Source: Octopus vulgaris (lineage: Eukaryota). Taken from it: 64,000 nucleotides of DNA. Of this stretch, positions 24,091-36,646 are shown piece after piece. The position numbers and the translations under genes are program-made. The stretch lies in assembly GCA_951406725.2 (NCBI GenBank), contig OX597841.1, positions 1,736,001 through 1,800,000 of the forward strand, written 5' to 3'. How positions within the stretch are numbered: position 1 is the stretch's first letter; every line of letters starts with the position of its first letter. The notes beneath the pieces are model-generated. The model saw nothing but the letters and a program-made list of their open reading frames with translations. It was not told the DNA's origin and did no database searches.

Positions 24091-26168
24091 TTGCTCTAAT
24101 TGCTGAGTCATTATCAGAACTGGAGAAGAAGTTTCAGGTGTGGAAGCATGGTTTAGAATCGAAGGGCCTTAGAGTCAACCTAGCTAAAACCAAAGTCGTA
24201 ATAAGTAGGAAGGTAGACAAATCACAAACGCCTTCAGGTAGATGGCCCTGCTCGATCTGTAGAAAAGGTGTAGGTAGAAACTCTATAAGATGCACCAAGT
24301 GTAAGCTATGGACACATAAGAGGTGCAGCAATGTCATAGGAAGGCTAACTAGGAAGATGGTTTTTGTATGTGGCAGATGCTCGGGAGCATTAACCTCTGA
24401 AAATCTGCAGAAAACAACTTCCGTCACTTTCCAGGGGGAAAAACTAGAAGTGGTTGATAGCTTCCGTTATCTTGGTGACCAAGTCAGTAGTGGGGGTGGG
24501 TGTGCTGAAAGTGTAACGGCTAGAGTAAGAATAGCCTGGGCAAAGTTTAGGGAGCTCTTACCTCTGTGGGTGACAAAAGGCCTCTCGCTCAGAGTAAAAG
24601 GCAGACTGTATGATGCATGTGTACGAACAGCAATGCTACATGGCAGTGAAACATGGGCCGTGACTGCTGAGGACATGCGTAAGCTCGTGAGAAATGAAGC
24701 TAGTATGCTCCGTTGGATGTGTAATGTCAGTGTTCATAGTCGACAGAGTGTAAGTACCTTGAGAGAAAAGTCGGACCTAAGAGGAATCAGATGTTGTGTG
24801 CAAGAGAGACGATTGCGCTGGTATGGTCATGTGGTGAGAATGGATGAAGATAGGTGTGTGAAAAAGTGCCACACCCTGGCAGTTGAGGGGACCTGTGGAA
24901 GAGGTAGACCCAGGAAAACCTGGGTCGAGGTGGTGAAGCACGACCTTCGAACTCTAGGTCTCACCAAGGAAATGACCAGAGACCGAGACCTATGGAAGTA
25001 TGCTGTGCGTGAGAAGACCCGGCAAGACCAGTGAGAACAATCAAAATCAAATCATATATCAGAAAGCAGGGGTTAAGTGACCCATCTGTTCGTGTCCGCT
25101 GTCAGCCTCGTCTGGCACCCGTGCCGGTGATACGTAAAAGCACCATTCGCTCTCGGCCGTTTGCCAGCTCTGCCTGGCCCCGTGTCGGTGGCACGTAAAA
25201 GCACCATCCGTTCGTGTTCGTTGCCAGCCTCGCCTGGCCCCGTGCCGGTGACACGTAAAAGCACCGTCCGTTCGTGGCCGTTTGCCAGCTCTGTCTGGCC
25301 CCGTGTCGGTGGCACGTAAAAGCACCATCCGTTCGTGGCCGTTTGCCAGCTCTGTCTGGCCCCGTGTCAGTGGCACGTAAAAGCACCATCCGTCCGTGTC
25401 CGTTGCCAGCCTCGGCTGGCCCCCGTGCCGGTGACACGTAAAAGCACCGTCCGCTCGTGGCCGTTTGCCAGCTCTGTCTGGCAACCGTGTCGGTGGCACG
25501 TAAAAGCACCATCTGTTCGCATCCGTTGCCAGCCTCGGCTGGCCCCCGTGCCGGTGACACGTAAAAGCACCATCCGTTCGTGGCCGTTTGCCAGCTCTGT
25601 CTGGCCCCGTGTCGGTGGCACGTAAAAGCACCATCCGTCCGTGTTCGTTGCCAGCCTCGGCTGGCCTCCGTGCCGGTGACACGTAAAAGCACCGTCCGCT
25701 CGTGGCCGTTTGCCAGCTCTGTCTGGCAACCGTGTCGGTGGCATGTAAAAGCACCATCCGTTCGCGTCCGTTGCCAGCCTCGGCTGGCCTCCGTGCCGGT
25801 GACACGTAAAAGCACCGTCCGTTCGTGGCCGGTTGCCAGCTCTGTCTGGCCCCGTGTCGGTGGCACGTAAAAGCACCATCCGTTCGTGTCCGTTGCCAGC
25901 ATCGCCTGGCCCCGTGCCGGTGACACGTAAAAGCACCATCCGTTCGTGGCAGTTCGCCAGCTCTGTCTGGCACCTGTGCAGGTGGCACGTAAAAAACACC
26001 CACTACACTCGCGGAGTGGTTGGCGTTAGGAAGGGCATCCAGCCGTAGAAACACTGCCAGATCTGACTGGGCCTGACGAAGCCTTCCAGCTTCACAGACC
26101 CCAGTTCACCCGTCCAACCCATGCTAGCATGGAAAACGGACGCTAAACGATGATGATGATGATGATGA
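24091..26168 (+). mobile_element. Young 5'-truncated RTE LINE: RT C-terminus plus PHD finger, 15-unit UTR array, GAT tail
   Basis: Uninterrupted frame ALIAES..GLRVNLAKTKV..C4HC3..LEVVDSFRYLGD..RLRWYGHV..GRGRPRKTW to the stop at 25034. Confidence 0.92.
25082..26000 (+). repeat. ~61-bp minisatellite, 15 units, A/B higher-order alternation
   Basis: GGTGRCACGTAAAAGCACC recurs every 60-62 bp; unit order ABABBABABABABAB. Confidence 0.95.
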
Positions 26169-26679
26169 TATATATATACTTTATTTAAAGCAGCAGAAAA
26201 TTTAAAGTAGCAGAAAATTCAACAAAATCTGTTACGCATATATATATGCGTGTGTGTGTTTGTGTGTCTGTGTTTGTCTCCCAAGCATTGCTTGACAACC
26301 AATGCTGGTGTGTTTATGTCCCCGTTACTTAGCAGTTTGGCAAAAGGAGACCGATAGAATAAGTACTGGGCTTACAAAAAGAATAAGTCCCAGGATCGAG
26401 TTGCTCGATTAAAGACGGTGCTCCAGCATGGCCGCAGTCAAATGACTGAAACAAGTAAAAGAGTAAAAGAGTATATATATAAATATGCATATATATATAT
26501 CTATGTATGTAAGTATACGATAGGCTTCTCTCAGTTTCCAGGTACCAAATATTCTCACAAACTTTTGGTCAGCCCGATGCTAGCATAGAAGACACTTGCT
26601 CAAAGTGCCAAGCAGTGGGACTGAGCCTGGAACCATGTGGTTGGCAAACAAGCTACTTACCACATAGCTATGCCTATAT

Positions 26680-27220
26680 ATGTGTGTGTGTGTTTGTTTC
26701 TATGTGTTTGTGTGTGTGTGTTTGTTTCTATGTGTTTGTGTGTGTGTGTATGTGTGTGTGTGTGTGTGTGTGCGCGTGTGTGTGTGTGTATGTATACATA
26801 CATGTATATATGTATACATAATTGGTATATAAGTATACATAATTGGTATATACAGCATTTTGAAAGCTAATTACTATATATGTAATTGTTACCTCACATA
26901 TATGTATATACACAAACATATGTATGTACATAAATATGTACATATACATACATACATACACACACAAACACACACACACGTACATACATACATACTTACA
27001 TACATACATATATACATACATGAGTACATACAAATGTGAGAGTGTATGTATGTTCAAGTTGTTTCGATTTTTCTCTGAATGAATGGTTTGCTATAAATAT
27101 ATATATATAGATACATACATACATGCACGTGTACATACATATGTACATATGCATGTGTGTGTATGCGTGCGTTTGTGTATATAAACATAGGCATATATAT
27201 GCATATTTATAAATATATGT

Positions 27221-27273
<53 letters not shown>

Positions 27274-27575
27274 TATATACATATATATACACACATATAT
27301 ATATATATATATATTTATATACACACACATACACATATGTAGAATAAGAGCTAAATATTCATTCATAGAAAAATATGTATATACATACATACACATACAT
27401 ATATATATATATAAATACATACTTGCATACATACATATGTAAATATACATATGTATCTATGCATTTGTATGTGTGAGTATATATACACACACACAATTAT
27501 ATGTATATATATATATCTGTATATATATATATATATAGTATACATACATATAGTATGTATGTATATATATATATG

Positions 27576-27609
<34 letters not shown>

Positions 27610-27886
27610 TGTATGTATGTATGTATGTATGTATGTATGTATGTATGTATCTGTGTATGTATCTGTGTATTGTTAGTCTAGTTCTGGCAGTATCCAGACA
27701 GCAATATTGAGTCAGGTCAGTCTGTCTTGAATAAATTCCAAACAATAATGTACTCTGCATGCTTCAGTGAATGACATTCCTCTGTCTACATATAGCATAT
27801 AGGTATATATGTGTGTGTGTGTTTGTGTGTGCATGCATGTATGTATGTATGTATGTATGTATGTATGTATGTATGTATGTATTGTG

Positions 27887-27929
<43 letters not shown>

Positions 27930-27945
27930 TTGTATGTATGTATGT

Positions 27946-28004
<59 letters not shown>

Positions 28005-28350
28005 CATATATACATACATATATACATACATATATACATGTGTTTGTGTGTGTGTGTGTGTGTGTAGTGAAATTACAAGTGTGAGAGGGAGAAATACATA
28101 TGTATATAAATAGAAATAAAGGGTAGAAAGAGAAAAGTGATGTAGAGAGGGAGGATGGGAGAATGCGAGCAGGAACAAAACAACAAATATTGTAAATTGA
28201 TTTTCAAAATAAAGCTATAGAAATTACATAATGCTAGATATATAAACATGCTTTTGTGTGTGTGAATGTGTATGTGTGTGTAAGTATATATATATATATA
28301 AAAATATAAATAAAATCTTGCACACATTTGTGTGCATATATATATACATA

Positions 28351-28386
<36 letters not shown>

Positions 28387-28420
28387 TGTATGTATGTATG
28401 TATGAATGTATGTATATACC
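26680..28420. repeat. Compound (TG)/(TA)/(TATG) microsatellite field
   Basis: Nearly continuous alternating purine-pyrimidine repeats with short unique interruptions. Confidence 0.9.
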
Positions 28421-28699
28421 CCTCTTTCTTCCCCTGTCTGCTGCATAATCATTATTTCAATTCTTTTTATTATTGTTGTTGTTATTATTAATATTATTGT
28501 TATTACTGTTATTATTATGAATTTAGGTTTAGTGGCATTTTGTCCGTCTTCATGTTCTGTGTTCAAATCCCACTGAGTTTGACTTTGCCTTCCATCCTTT
28601 CGTGGTCAATAAATTAAGTACCAGTTGAGCACTGGCATTGATATAACCAACTATCCACCTCCCCCAAATTTCAGGCTTTGTATCTATAGTAGAAAGGAT

Positions 28700-29163
28700 T
28701 TATTATTATTATTATTTTATGCTTGACTTTTGCTTTACATTTGCACAAGTTGGATCCAAGTCTCACTCAGAGACCTCAAGAGACAACAAGTTGGGAGTTC
28801 ATGTTGGTGTTATGCCTAGGGTGCCATTATTTTTGGTTTTGTACATAGTGTTGTACTAGAGAATGTTTAAGAAACCATAAGAAAATTATGTTTGTTTTAA
28901 AACTTGAGATTACATAGAAAGTATTTTGCGTAGGATATGAGCAGTTCCCATGAGCACTATCTTTTGAATTTCTGCCATTTTGGGGTTTCTTGATATCTGA
29001 GTTAGGTAGCAATCAGCCCCTTTTGCTATCATTCCCAGGGTACCTATGACAACAGGTATTGTTTTAGTCTTCAAGTTCTACATTTTGCTGATTTCTATTT
29101 CAAGATCATTATACTTGCTCAGTTTTTGGTAGGTCGTGACATATACATTTATATTGATTGGGA
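28700..29163 (-). mobile_element. 3' end of R4/Dong-clade LINE (restriction-like endonuclease C-terminus) with (TAA)n tail
   Basis: Translates YQKLSKYNDLEIEISKM*NLKTKTIPVVIGTLGMI..IQKIVLMGTAHILRKILSM* (stop 28910-28912); TAA tail at ~28700-28716. Confidence 0.8.
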
Positions 29164-29423
29164 GAGTTCATCATTATAATAATTAAGACTGTGAGATGGC
29201 AGAACCGTTATCACACCAGGCAAAATGCTTAGTGGCATTTCGTTCATCCTTACAGTCTGAGTTCAAATTCCACCAAAGTTGACCTAACTTTTCATCTTTT
29301 TGGAGTCAATAAAATAAGTACTAGTTGAGTACTGGGGTTGATGTAATCTACTTACTCCTCCCCAAAATTGCTGGCCAAATTTGAAATGGGCATTGTAAGA
29401 CAATTATGAGGGGAACTTGTACA

Positions 29424-30884
29424 CGTTCTGTTTCTGAGAGTTATCCTATTGGACCTCTGTCTAATCTATAGGTGCAGGAGTGGCTGTGTGGTAAGTAGCT
29501 TGCTAACCAACCACATGGTTCTGGGTTCAGTCCCACTGCGTGGCATCTTGGGCAAGTGTCTTCTGCTATAGCCCCGGGCCGACCAATGCCTTGTGAGTGG
29601 ATTTGGTAGACGGAAACTGAAAGAAGCCTGTCGTCTATATGTATATATATATATATGTGTGTGTGTGTGTTTGTTTGTCTGTGTTTGTCCCCCTAGCATT
29701 GCTTGACAACCGATGCTGGTGTGTTCACGTCCCCGTCACTTAGCGGTTCGGCAAAAGAGACCGATAGAATAAGCACTGGGCTTACAAAGAATAAGTCCCG
29801 GGGTCGATTTGATCGACTAAAGGCGGTGCTCCTGCATGGCTGCAGTCAAAATGACTGAAACAAGTAAAAGAGTAAAAGAGTAAAGAGTAATCATTAAAAC
29901 ATTGTTTTAATGATTCAGCATTAAGTGCTGTAACATGCCTTGGCTAATCTTGGGAAAGTCTCATCTCCCTTTTCTCTACAGACTCCATTTGATGTGTTGC
30001 AGCCTCCCTTTGCTGATCTTGAGAAAGTCTCATCTCCGTTCTGTATTGAGACTCCATTTGACATACTGCAGCATGCATTTGCTAATCTTGGGAAAATCTC
30101 ATCTCCCTTCCCTCTCGAGACTCCATTTGACATTCTGCAGCATGCATTTGTTGATCTATGGAAACACTCATCTTGCTTCTGTTTTGAGACTCCATTTGAC
30201 ATGCTGCATCATGCATTTACTGATCTGTGGAAAGTCTCATCTCTCTTCTCTCCTGAGATTTTCACCTTTGGTTTTCTACAATCCTCTTTGCTTTATATTT
30301 GTGTCTTTGGTGGCATTTTTTTTTTTCAATATTGTCAACAAAAAGTTATGAACATAGAAGAAATTATACAGTAATCTCTATTTTTGTAAGCAGTTGTATG
30401 CAGTATGTCTTTATATTTGTATACAGTATAAATGAACCAAATAGAAGCACATGTATGAACTGCTAATTTAACAGTAAATGCCACAATAATTATTGTAGAT
30501 AAATTTCTTAATATATATATATTAAGCACATGTATTAAATGTTAATTTAAGGGTAAATATGTAATTGTAAGTACCGTGCAACTTTGTAACTGCTGCGATA
30601 ATTATTAACTGGTAATTAAATAGTAAATGTGTATTTTTATATACCCTGGTCCTGACACCCCATTGTTTTTTGTCAAGAGTTTCACCTCCAGCTGTTTGTT
30701 ATGTCAGTCAACACACATACACTGACACACCATTCTGCTGTCGAGGCTGTAAAGATGGAAAGTTGCTGATGTATAATGTTGTTCACATTAGGATATAAAT
30801 TATTCCTTTATTTCAAATATAATAGAAATAAGATGATCTTAGTGTTATCACATAAGAATTAAAAGCGAAACAATATTATATCAC
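29424..30884 (-). mobile_element. Duplicated Helitron 5' segment (paralog of 32170-33083) interrupted by a SINE
   Basis: Long near-identical blocks shared with 32170-33083; 69-bp repeat present about five times. Confidence 0.75.
29471..29887 (+). mobile_element. Intact tRNA-derived SINE family A (CORE-like, internal TA/TG microsatellite)
   Basis: A-box-like TGGCTGTGTGG, B-box-like GGTTCAGTCCC, CORE-like CTTGGGCAAGTGTCTT, tail (GTAAAAGA)n; TSD TAATC confirmed by the empty paralogous site near 32210. Confidence 0.9.
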
Positions 30885-31199
30885 CCTAGGATACTCAGGA
30901 TTACTCACTATTAAAATGGCATAGTTTATATATATATATATATTCGCGGTGCACCCACCCTGCCCACCCCCACCACCAATACCGGATATCTCTATATTTT
31001 TGCTCCATCTATACCGGATGTTGTTTCTCCCACCACCATTATAGGTGTCTACTCTTCGAATGCCCCCTCCTCAATACGCTATTTTCACCATGCATTACCC
31101 TCTATCCTACGTTCTACTTGCCTAAGAACCTGTCATCATTCCTCTGAACCACCCCTCCCCACTGGTGCTCCCCTATATTTCTGCCCCCCCCCACATAAT

Positions 31200-31450
31200 A
31201 AAAAAAGCACCATCCGAACGTGGCCGATGCCAGACCCCTCTGGCACCTGTGCAGGTGGCACGTAAAAAACACCCACTACACTCGCGGAGTGGTTGGCGTT
31301 AGGAAGGGCATCCAGCTGTAGAAACACTGCCAGACTAGACTGGAGCCTGGGGCAGTCCCTAGCTCCCCAGACCCCGGTCGAAACCGTCCAACCCGTGCTA
31401 GCGCGGAAAACGGACGTTAAACGATGATGATGATGATGATGATGATGATA
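31200..31450 (+). mobile_element. RTE-PHD LINE terminal module with one UTR unit
   Basis: AAAAGCACCATCCG..GCCAGACCCCTCTGGC..terminal module and GAT tail. Confidence 0.8.
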
Positions 31451-31744
31451 TATATACTACTGTTATGCTGAAACATACAGTGATACAGAAAAGTGCAGCA
31501 TTGATGACAAATCATTTGTGGAGTAAATGGTTTGCTAATTCAACTAAGTGACATGTCATGAGTCTCTTTGGAAGATTCCAGGCCCAAAACTGTCATGGAA
31601 AATTGGGGGTGGGGGTATGTGGTGGGTGAATACACCAAAAAGCTGTCAGTGGATATACTCTCCCTTGCAGAGGTCAATACTGCATCTAACACAACCCATC
31701 ACCTGAAGTTTTGACACCTTCGGGTTTGTTGTCCTACATCACTC

Positions 31745-33297
31745 ATAAAGTAAATTTGGAGGAACTTCGGTTGTTCATTTGTGGGTAACAGGGAACCAAT
31801 GAGGTGATAGACTTGTCCTTGAACTTTGTCAGCATAAACCCATGTTCAACTATATCCTTAGATGCACCAAATAATGTCATCTGAAATGCAGGGTTATATT
31901 GTCTGATATTGTTCAGAAAATTCTTTGACTGGATGGTAGAGCCATCCAGAAGTTCCATGAGAGGTTAAGGAGGAGCTGGTAGTACTGGCAATCTTACCTT
32001 AACACTTGAGCAGCACATGCCATTAGTGTCATTTGGAAATTTTAAAACTATGCTGAAATGACAATTTGAGTTTAGCACACCAATTTGGATGGAATTATCG
32101 TTTTTATAAGAATAGGATGGATCATATCTGAAAGCAGCTACAAGAGCTGTGAAGAACAAATTTGTATGTGTTCTGTTTCTGAGAGCTATTCTATTGGACC
32201 TCTGTCTAATCATTAAAACATTGTTTTAATGATCCAGCATTAAGTGCTGTAACATGCCTTGGCTAATCTTGGGGAAGTCTCATCTCCCTTCTCTCTGGAG
32301 ACTCCATTTGATGTGTTGCAGCATCCCTTTGCTGATCTTGAGAAAGTCTCATCTTGCTTCTGTCTAGAGACTCCATTTCACATTCTACGACATACTTTTT
32401 ATGATATTGAGAAAGTCTCATCTCCCTTCTCTCTTAAGACTCTTGCTTTTGGTTTTCTACAATCCTCCTTGCTTTATAGTTGTTTCTGGCGAGGTTATGT
32501 CTTTTCTTTGGTGGCATATTTTTTTCAATATTGTCAACAAAAATTTAATAACATAGAGAAAATTATATATTAATTGCTATTTTTGTAAGCAATTTTATGT
32601 ATGTAGTATATCTATATTTTGTATGCAGTGTAAATTAACCAAATCTAAGTAAATTAACCAAATAGAAGTACATGTATGAACTGCTAATTTTACAGTAAAT
32701 GTCACAATAATGATTATAAATAAATTTCTTAATATATATATATTAAGCACATGTATTAAATGTTAATTTAAGAGTAAATATGTAATTGTAAATACCCTGC
32801 AACTTTGCAACTGCTTCGATAATCATTAACTGGTAATTCAGTGGTAAATGTGTATCATTATATACCCTGGTCCTGACACCCCATTGTTTTTTGTCAAGAG
32901 TTTCACCTTTGTCAGATACACTGACACACCATTCTGCTGTTGAGGCTGTGAAGATGGAAAGTTGCTGATGTATAATATTGTTCACATTAGGATATAAATT
33001 ATTCCTTTATTTCAAATATAATAGAAATAAGATGATCTTAGTGTTATCACATAAGAATTAAAAGTGAAACAATATTATATCACATTACAATATAGATCTT
33101 ATTCTTTCACTTTTGACATGTAATATCGAACCAGTACCAATATTATATTGTTTTAATCCAAATGAAAAAAAATTATATGTTGACATGCATGGGGTCTGAT
33201 ACTATTACCTTGTAAAATTTGAATTGATTTGGTTGAGCTGTTTGAGAATGCATAGGTAACAGACAGGCAAAGAGACAAAGAATTTTATATGTATAGA
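31745..33297 (-). mobile_element. Helitron 5' portion with degenerate RepHel N-terminus
   Basis: 5' A|TCTATACATATAAAA at 33297; peptides GMCCSSVKVRLP, FLNNIRQYNPAFQMTLFGA and VQGQVYHLIGSLLPTNEQPKFLQIYF, with stops and frameshifts. Confidence 0.85.
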
Positions 33298-35448
33298 TGA
33301 TGGAACTCAAAATAGGTGAAACTACCTGAAATCACACGTAAATATTGGGGGTAAAAAGCCTCTTGGGTGGAAAAAGTGAAAGGTTGTCAATGATATATGA
33401 ACCCACAGTTGTGGTAAACATGATAAACATATCTCAAAACGAAGACCAGTCTGAAAACCCTGAACCTGAAAGCTAATCTCAAAATGCTGAAGATTAAGGA
33501 GGTAACAGAGGACTGAGATACATGGCACATTGCTGTACTTGAGAAGACCCACCAAGCACAACAGTATTAAAATCCTAAAACCAAGGTGCTGCATGAAGAG
33601 CATTAGTGTGGGTGCTGGTGTCACATAAAAAGCACTGATGATGGTGCTACATAAAAAGCACCCAGTACACTCTGTGGAGTGGTTGGCATTTGGAAAGGTA
33701 TCCAGCTGTAGAAACCAAGCCAAAACAGACTAAGGGAACTGGTGTGGCCCCTGGCCTTGCCAGTTCCTGTCAAGCCATGCCAGTATGGAAAACAGATTTA
33801 AATGATGATAACGATTGATGATGTATTTAATAAAGTGGAAGTTTTGCATTCATTTTGTTTACACTGCCATCCTGTGATAAAGTAACCTGTCCCCTGTTCT
33901 AACTGATTCTATATCAATAGAACCCATGGTAATAATTTGACCTTTTATCATTATCGTTCTTGCTGTCATTGTTTTCACATCCACTTTGCCATGTTAGCAT
34001 AAAAGGAAAAGAATTCACTGAGGCAGATTTTCTATGGCTGGATGCCCCTATTGTCACCAACCTAAACCAGCCCTCACCTGTTTCCAAGTGATTTAATATT
34101 TCTCCATTGCCTGGACATGTTTTCATGGAATATTCAAAATGAAGAACAGCACTTGTGTGACAGTGAAACTCATTTACAACTATTATGCAGAGTGGTTAGC
34201 AATAGGAAAGGCATCCAGCTGTAGAAACATCACCAAAACAGACCAGAGTCTGGTGCGGCCTCCTCCCACCCCCAGCTTCCCAGCTCAGGTCAAACTGTCC
34301 AACCCATGCCAGTATGGACGTTAAATGATGATGATAATGATAATGATGATGATGATAATGATATATGTATATCCATCCAATCCATGCCAGCATGGACAAC
34401 AGATGTTAAATGGTGATGATGATGATGAAATGATGATGATGATAATGATGACACACATATGTACATACAGACAACCTGTGTACATATATACACACTCATA
34501 CATACACATACAAGTATATACACACACACGTATATAAATAATTTATATTTAAATATATATATATATATATACATAAATATATATTTATATATATATATAC
34601 ACACATATATATAAACATGTAAGATAGAAACATCCTTCAAAATGAATAAGTATGCATGTATGTATTCATTGGATGTATGTGTGTATGTGAGAGAGAGTGT
34701 ATGTGCATGTGTGTCTGTGTGTGTGTATATACACATATACATACATACACACACATGAATGTTTATATATGTATGTGTGCTTCTATCATCAACGCAAACA
34801 CAGCCACCTACAGCAACAGTAATGTATATGTAGTAAGAGAAAGATAAGCGAATCTATTTCAATTAAATACATATAATGTGATATCCTAGTATATTTTAAA
34901 AGATCAATAAAATGTTTTTGATTTTAGGTCTATGAGGATTGCCTTGAGACTAAACAGCCACAACAATACAATTAGCAAGAACAATATGACTACTACACCA
35001 TCAACAATACCAGACCACCATCGCTAACATCTAAGACAGTGCAACCCACATCATCATCATTATCAATCCGCCAACTTTTGAATCCATTTGGTGCATGAGC
35101 GTATGTGTCTATGTGTGCTTGAGTATGTGTGTATGAATGTGTGTGTTTGTGTATGAGTGTCTGTATGTGTATGAGTATGTGTGTGTGTGTATGTGTGTGT
35201 GTGTGTTTATGTTTAAAGTCAGGATGGACAAATTGCCTATAAAACTTTGTGATCTTTCGCCTAACTGTTGTTGTATAGTACTTTCTCTTTCTCAGTCCTT
35301 CACCTTTTCATCTCATTTTCATTGTTACATCTATAAGAAAACAATTTTCCACTCTCACAAAACAGATAATTCCTGGACCAATTGTTTTACTATATATTTG
35401 TTGTGGATAATTAATTGCTGCTGCTGTTGGATTTGCCTTCAATCTAAG

Positions 35449-36540
35449 ATGTCTGGAAAGAAGCTGTCGAGTGGGAACTGAAGGCGGTTGTGCAAAATGG
35501 AACCGCAAAGGGATTGCACAAGATATTAAACTTGATGTCGCAAAAAGATTTGAAGCAGAAGTAAAACTCAGTTATATTGTCGAAACATTAAATCTTATAA
35601 TGTCTACTGTGGGACAACAGAGAGAAAATTATGTCAAGTGCTTCAGAAACCAGTCTGTTAACTGCCTGGATCTTATTTTTCCATACATCTAATGTAATGC
35701 TTAAAATGGAGTAACTCCTGAGTGTATTGATCCAGGTTCAGAATCAGTGAAATGAGCCGATAAACATGATGGTAAATCAAAAAGGAGCCAAAAGTTCATA
35801 CGATGATTTGCAGAAAAGGAAGGTGAAACTTCTTTTAAAGCCTGGTTTGAAAGTTTTAAGAAGCACATGAATTTGCACAACATAAAAATGACTGTTGAAA
35901 CTGCGAGCGTTGATACAGCAGCTGCTACTAATTATCCTGAGCAGTTAAAGAAAATGATTGTTGAAGGGAGTTACGCACCAGTGCAATTATACAATGTTGA
36001 AACTGCAATTTTTTAGAAGTGCAAGCCTGCTATGACTTTTATTTTTTGAAAATGAAAATCAACACCAGGATTTAAAGCTTCTAAAAATTATCTGAAACTT
36101 CTTTTGGGAGGAAATGCCACTAGTGATGTAAGAGGAAAGCCTCTATTGGTGTATCACTCCAAATTTGAGGGATTTCAAGGATCACACAAAGTTTAATTTA
36201 CCTCTCATTTGATATTCAAATAAGAAAGCATAGATGACTCAGAGCCTTTTCCAAGAATGGGTTACATAGAAGCGTACAGTGTCAGACATATTTCCAACAA
36301 AGCATTGCTTCTTTTAAGACAATACACAGAGCCAATCTAATGAACTTAGATGACCTTTCTGATAATGTGCAAATAAAATATATCCCCAAGAATACAGCTT
36401 CTTTGCTCCTGTCGATGGATGACAGGGTGACAGCTAACTTCAGTCATATTATATGGGAAGAACTTTCAAACTTATTAAAGCAATTGACAGGAAGGACAAA
36501 CCTACTACTGGAGATTTCTAGAAGAAATTCACCATAATGG
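35449..36540 (+). pseudogene. Tigger/pogo (CENP-B-like DDE) transposase relic
   Basis: RKGIAQDIKLDVAKRFE..STV; WFESFKKHMNLHNIKM..ETASVD..YPEQLKKMI; PGFKASK..LLLGGNA..KPLLVYHS; many stops and frameshifts. Confidence 0.85.
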
Positions 36541-36555
36541 AAAATTTTGCTCTGT

Positions 36556-36646
36556 GCATGTTTCCTGATGAAGGAGTCATTGCCGTGATGCACTTTAGTG
36601 TAATTGAACTGTGATAGTGAGCTCCCGAAATGGCCATTGATGTGTG
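36556..36646 (+). ncRNA. Hammerhead-ribozyme-like motif (Penelope type I, extended stem II)
   Basis: CTGATGA-A-GGAGTCATTG...TAGTGAGCTCC-C-GAAA-TGGCCA-TT; stem III lies within the palindrome AATGGCCATT. Confidence 0.55.

Larger units (their letters stand above)
23900..26471 (+). mobile_element. SINE family A split by LINE insertion (head 23900-24070, tail ~26255-26471)
   Basis: Head and tail both match the intact copy at 29471-29887. Confidence 0.8.

Noticed and set aside
25082-26000. CRISPR-like repeat-spacer array
   Set aside because: The intervening sequences are two recurring variants rather than unique spacers, the context is a eukaryotic LINE 3'UTR, and no cas genes are present
25059-26054. 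Long minus-strand ORFs (331, 274 and 210 aa)
   Set aside because: They arise from a stop-poor GC-rich tandem repeat whose period is not a multiple of three; the same peptides cycle through all frames
29471-29545. tRNA gene
   Set aside because: A/B-box-like head belongs to a multi-copy SINE; no complete cloverleaf
34914-35095. Possible plus-strand exon after a TTTTTGATTTTAG acceptor
   Set aside because: Stops in all three frames, weak donor, and no partner exons identified
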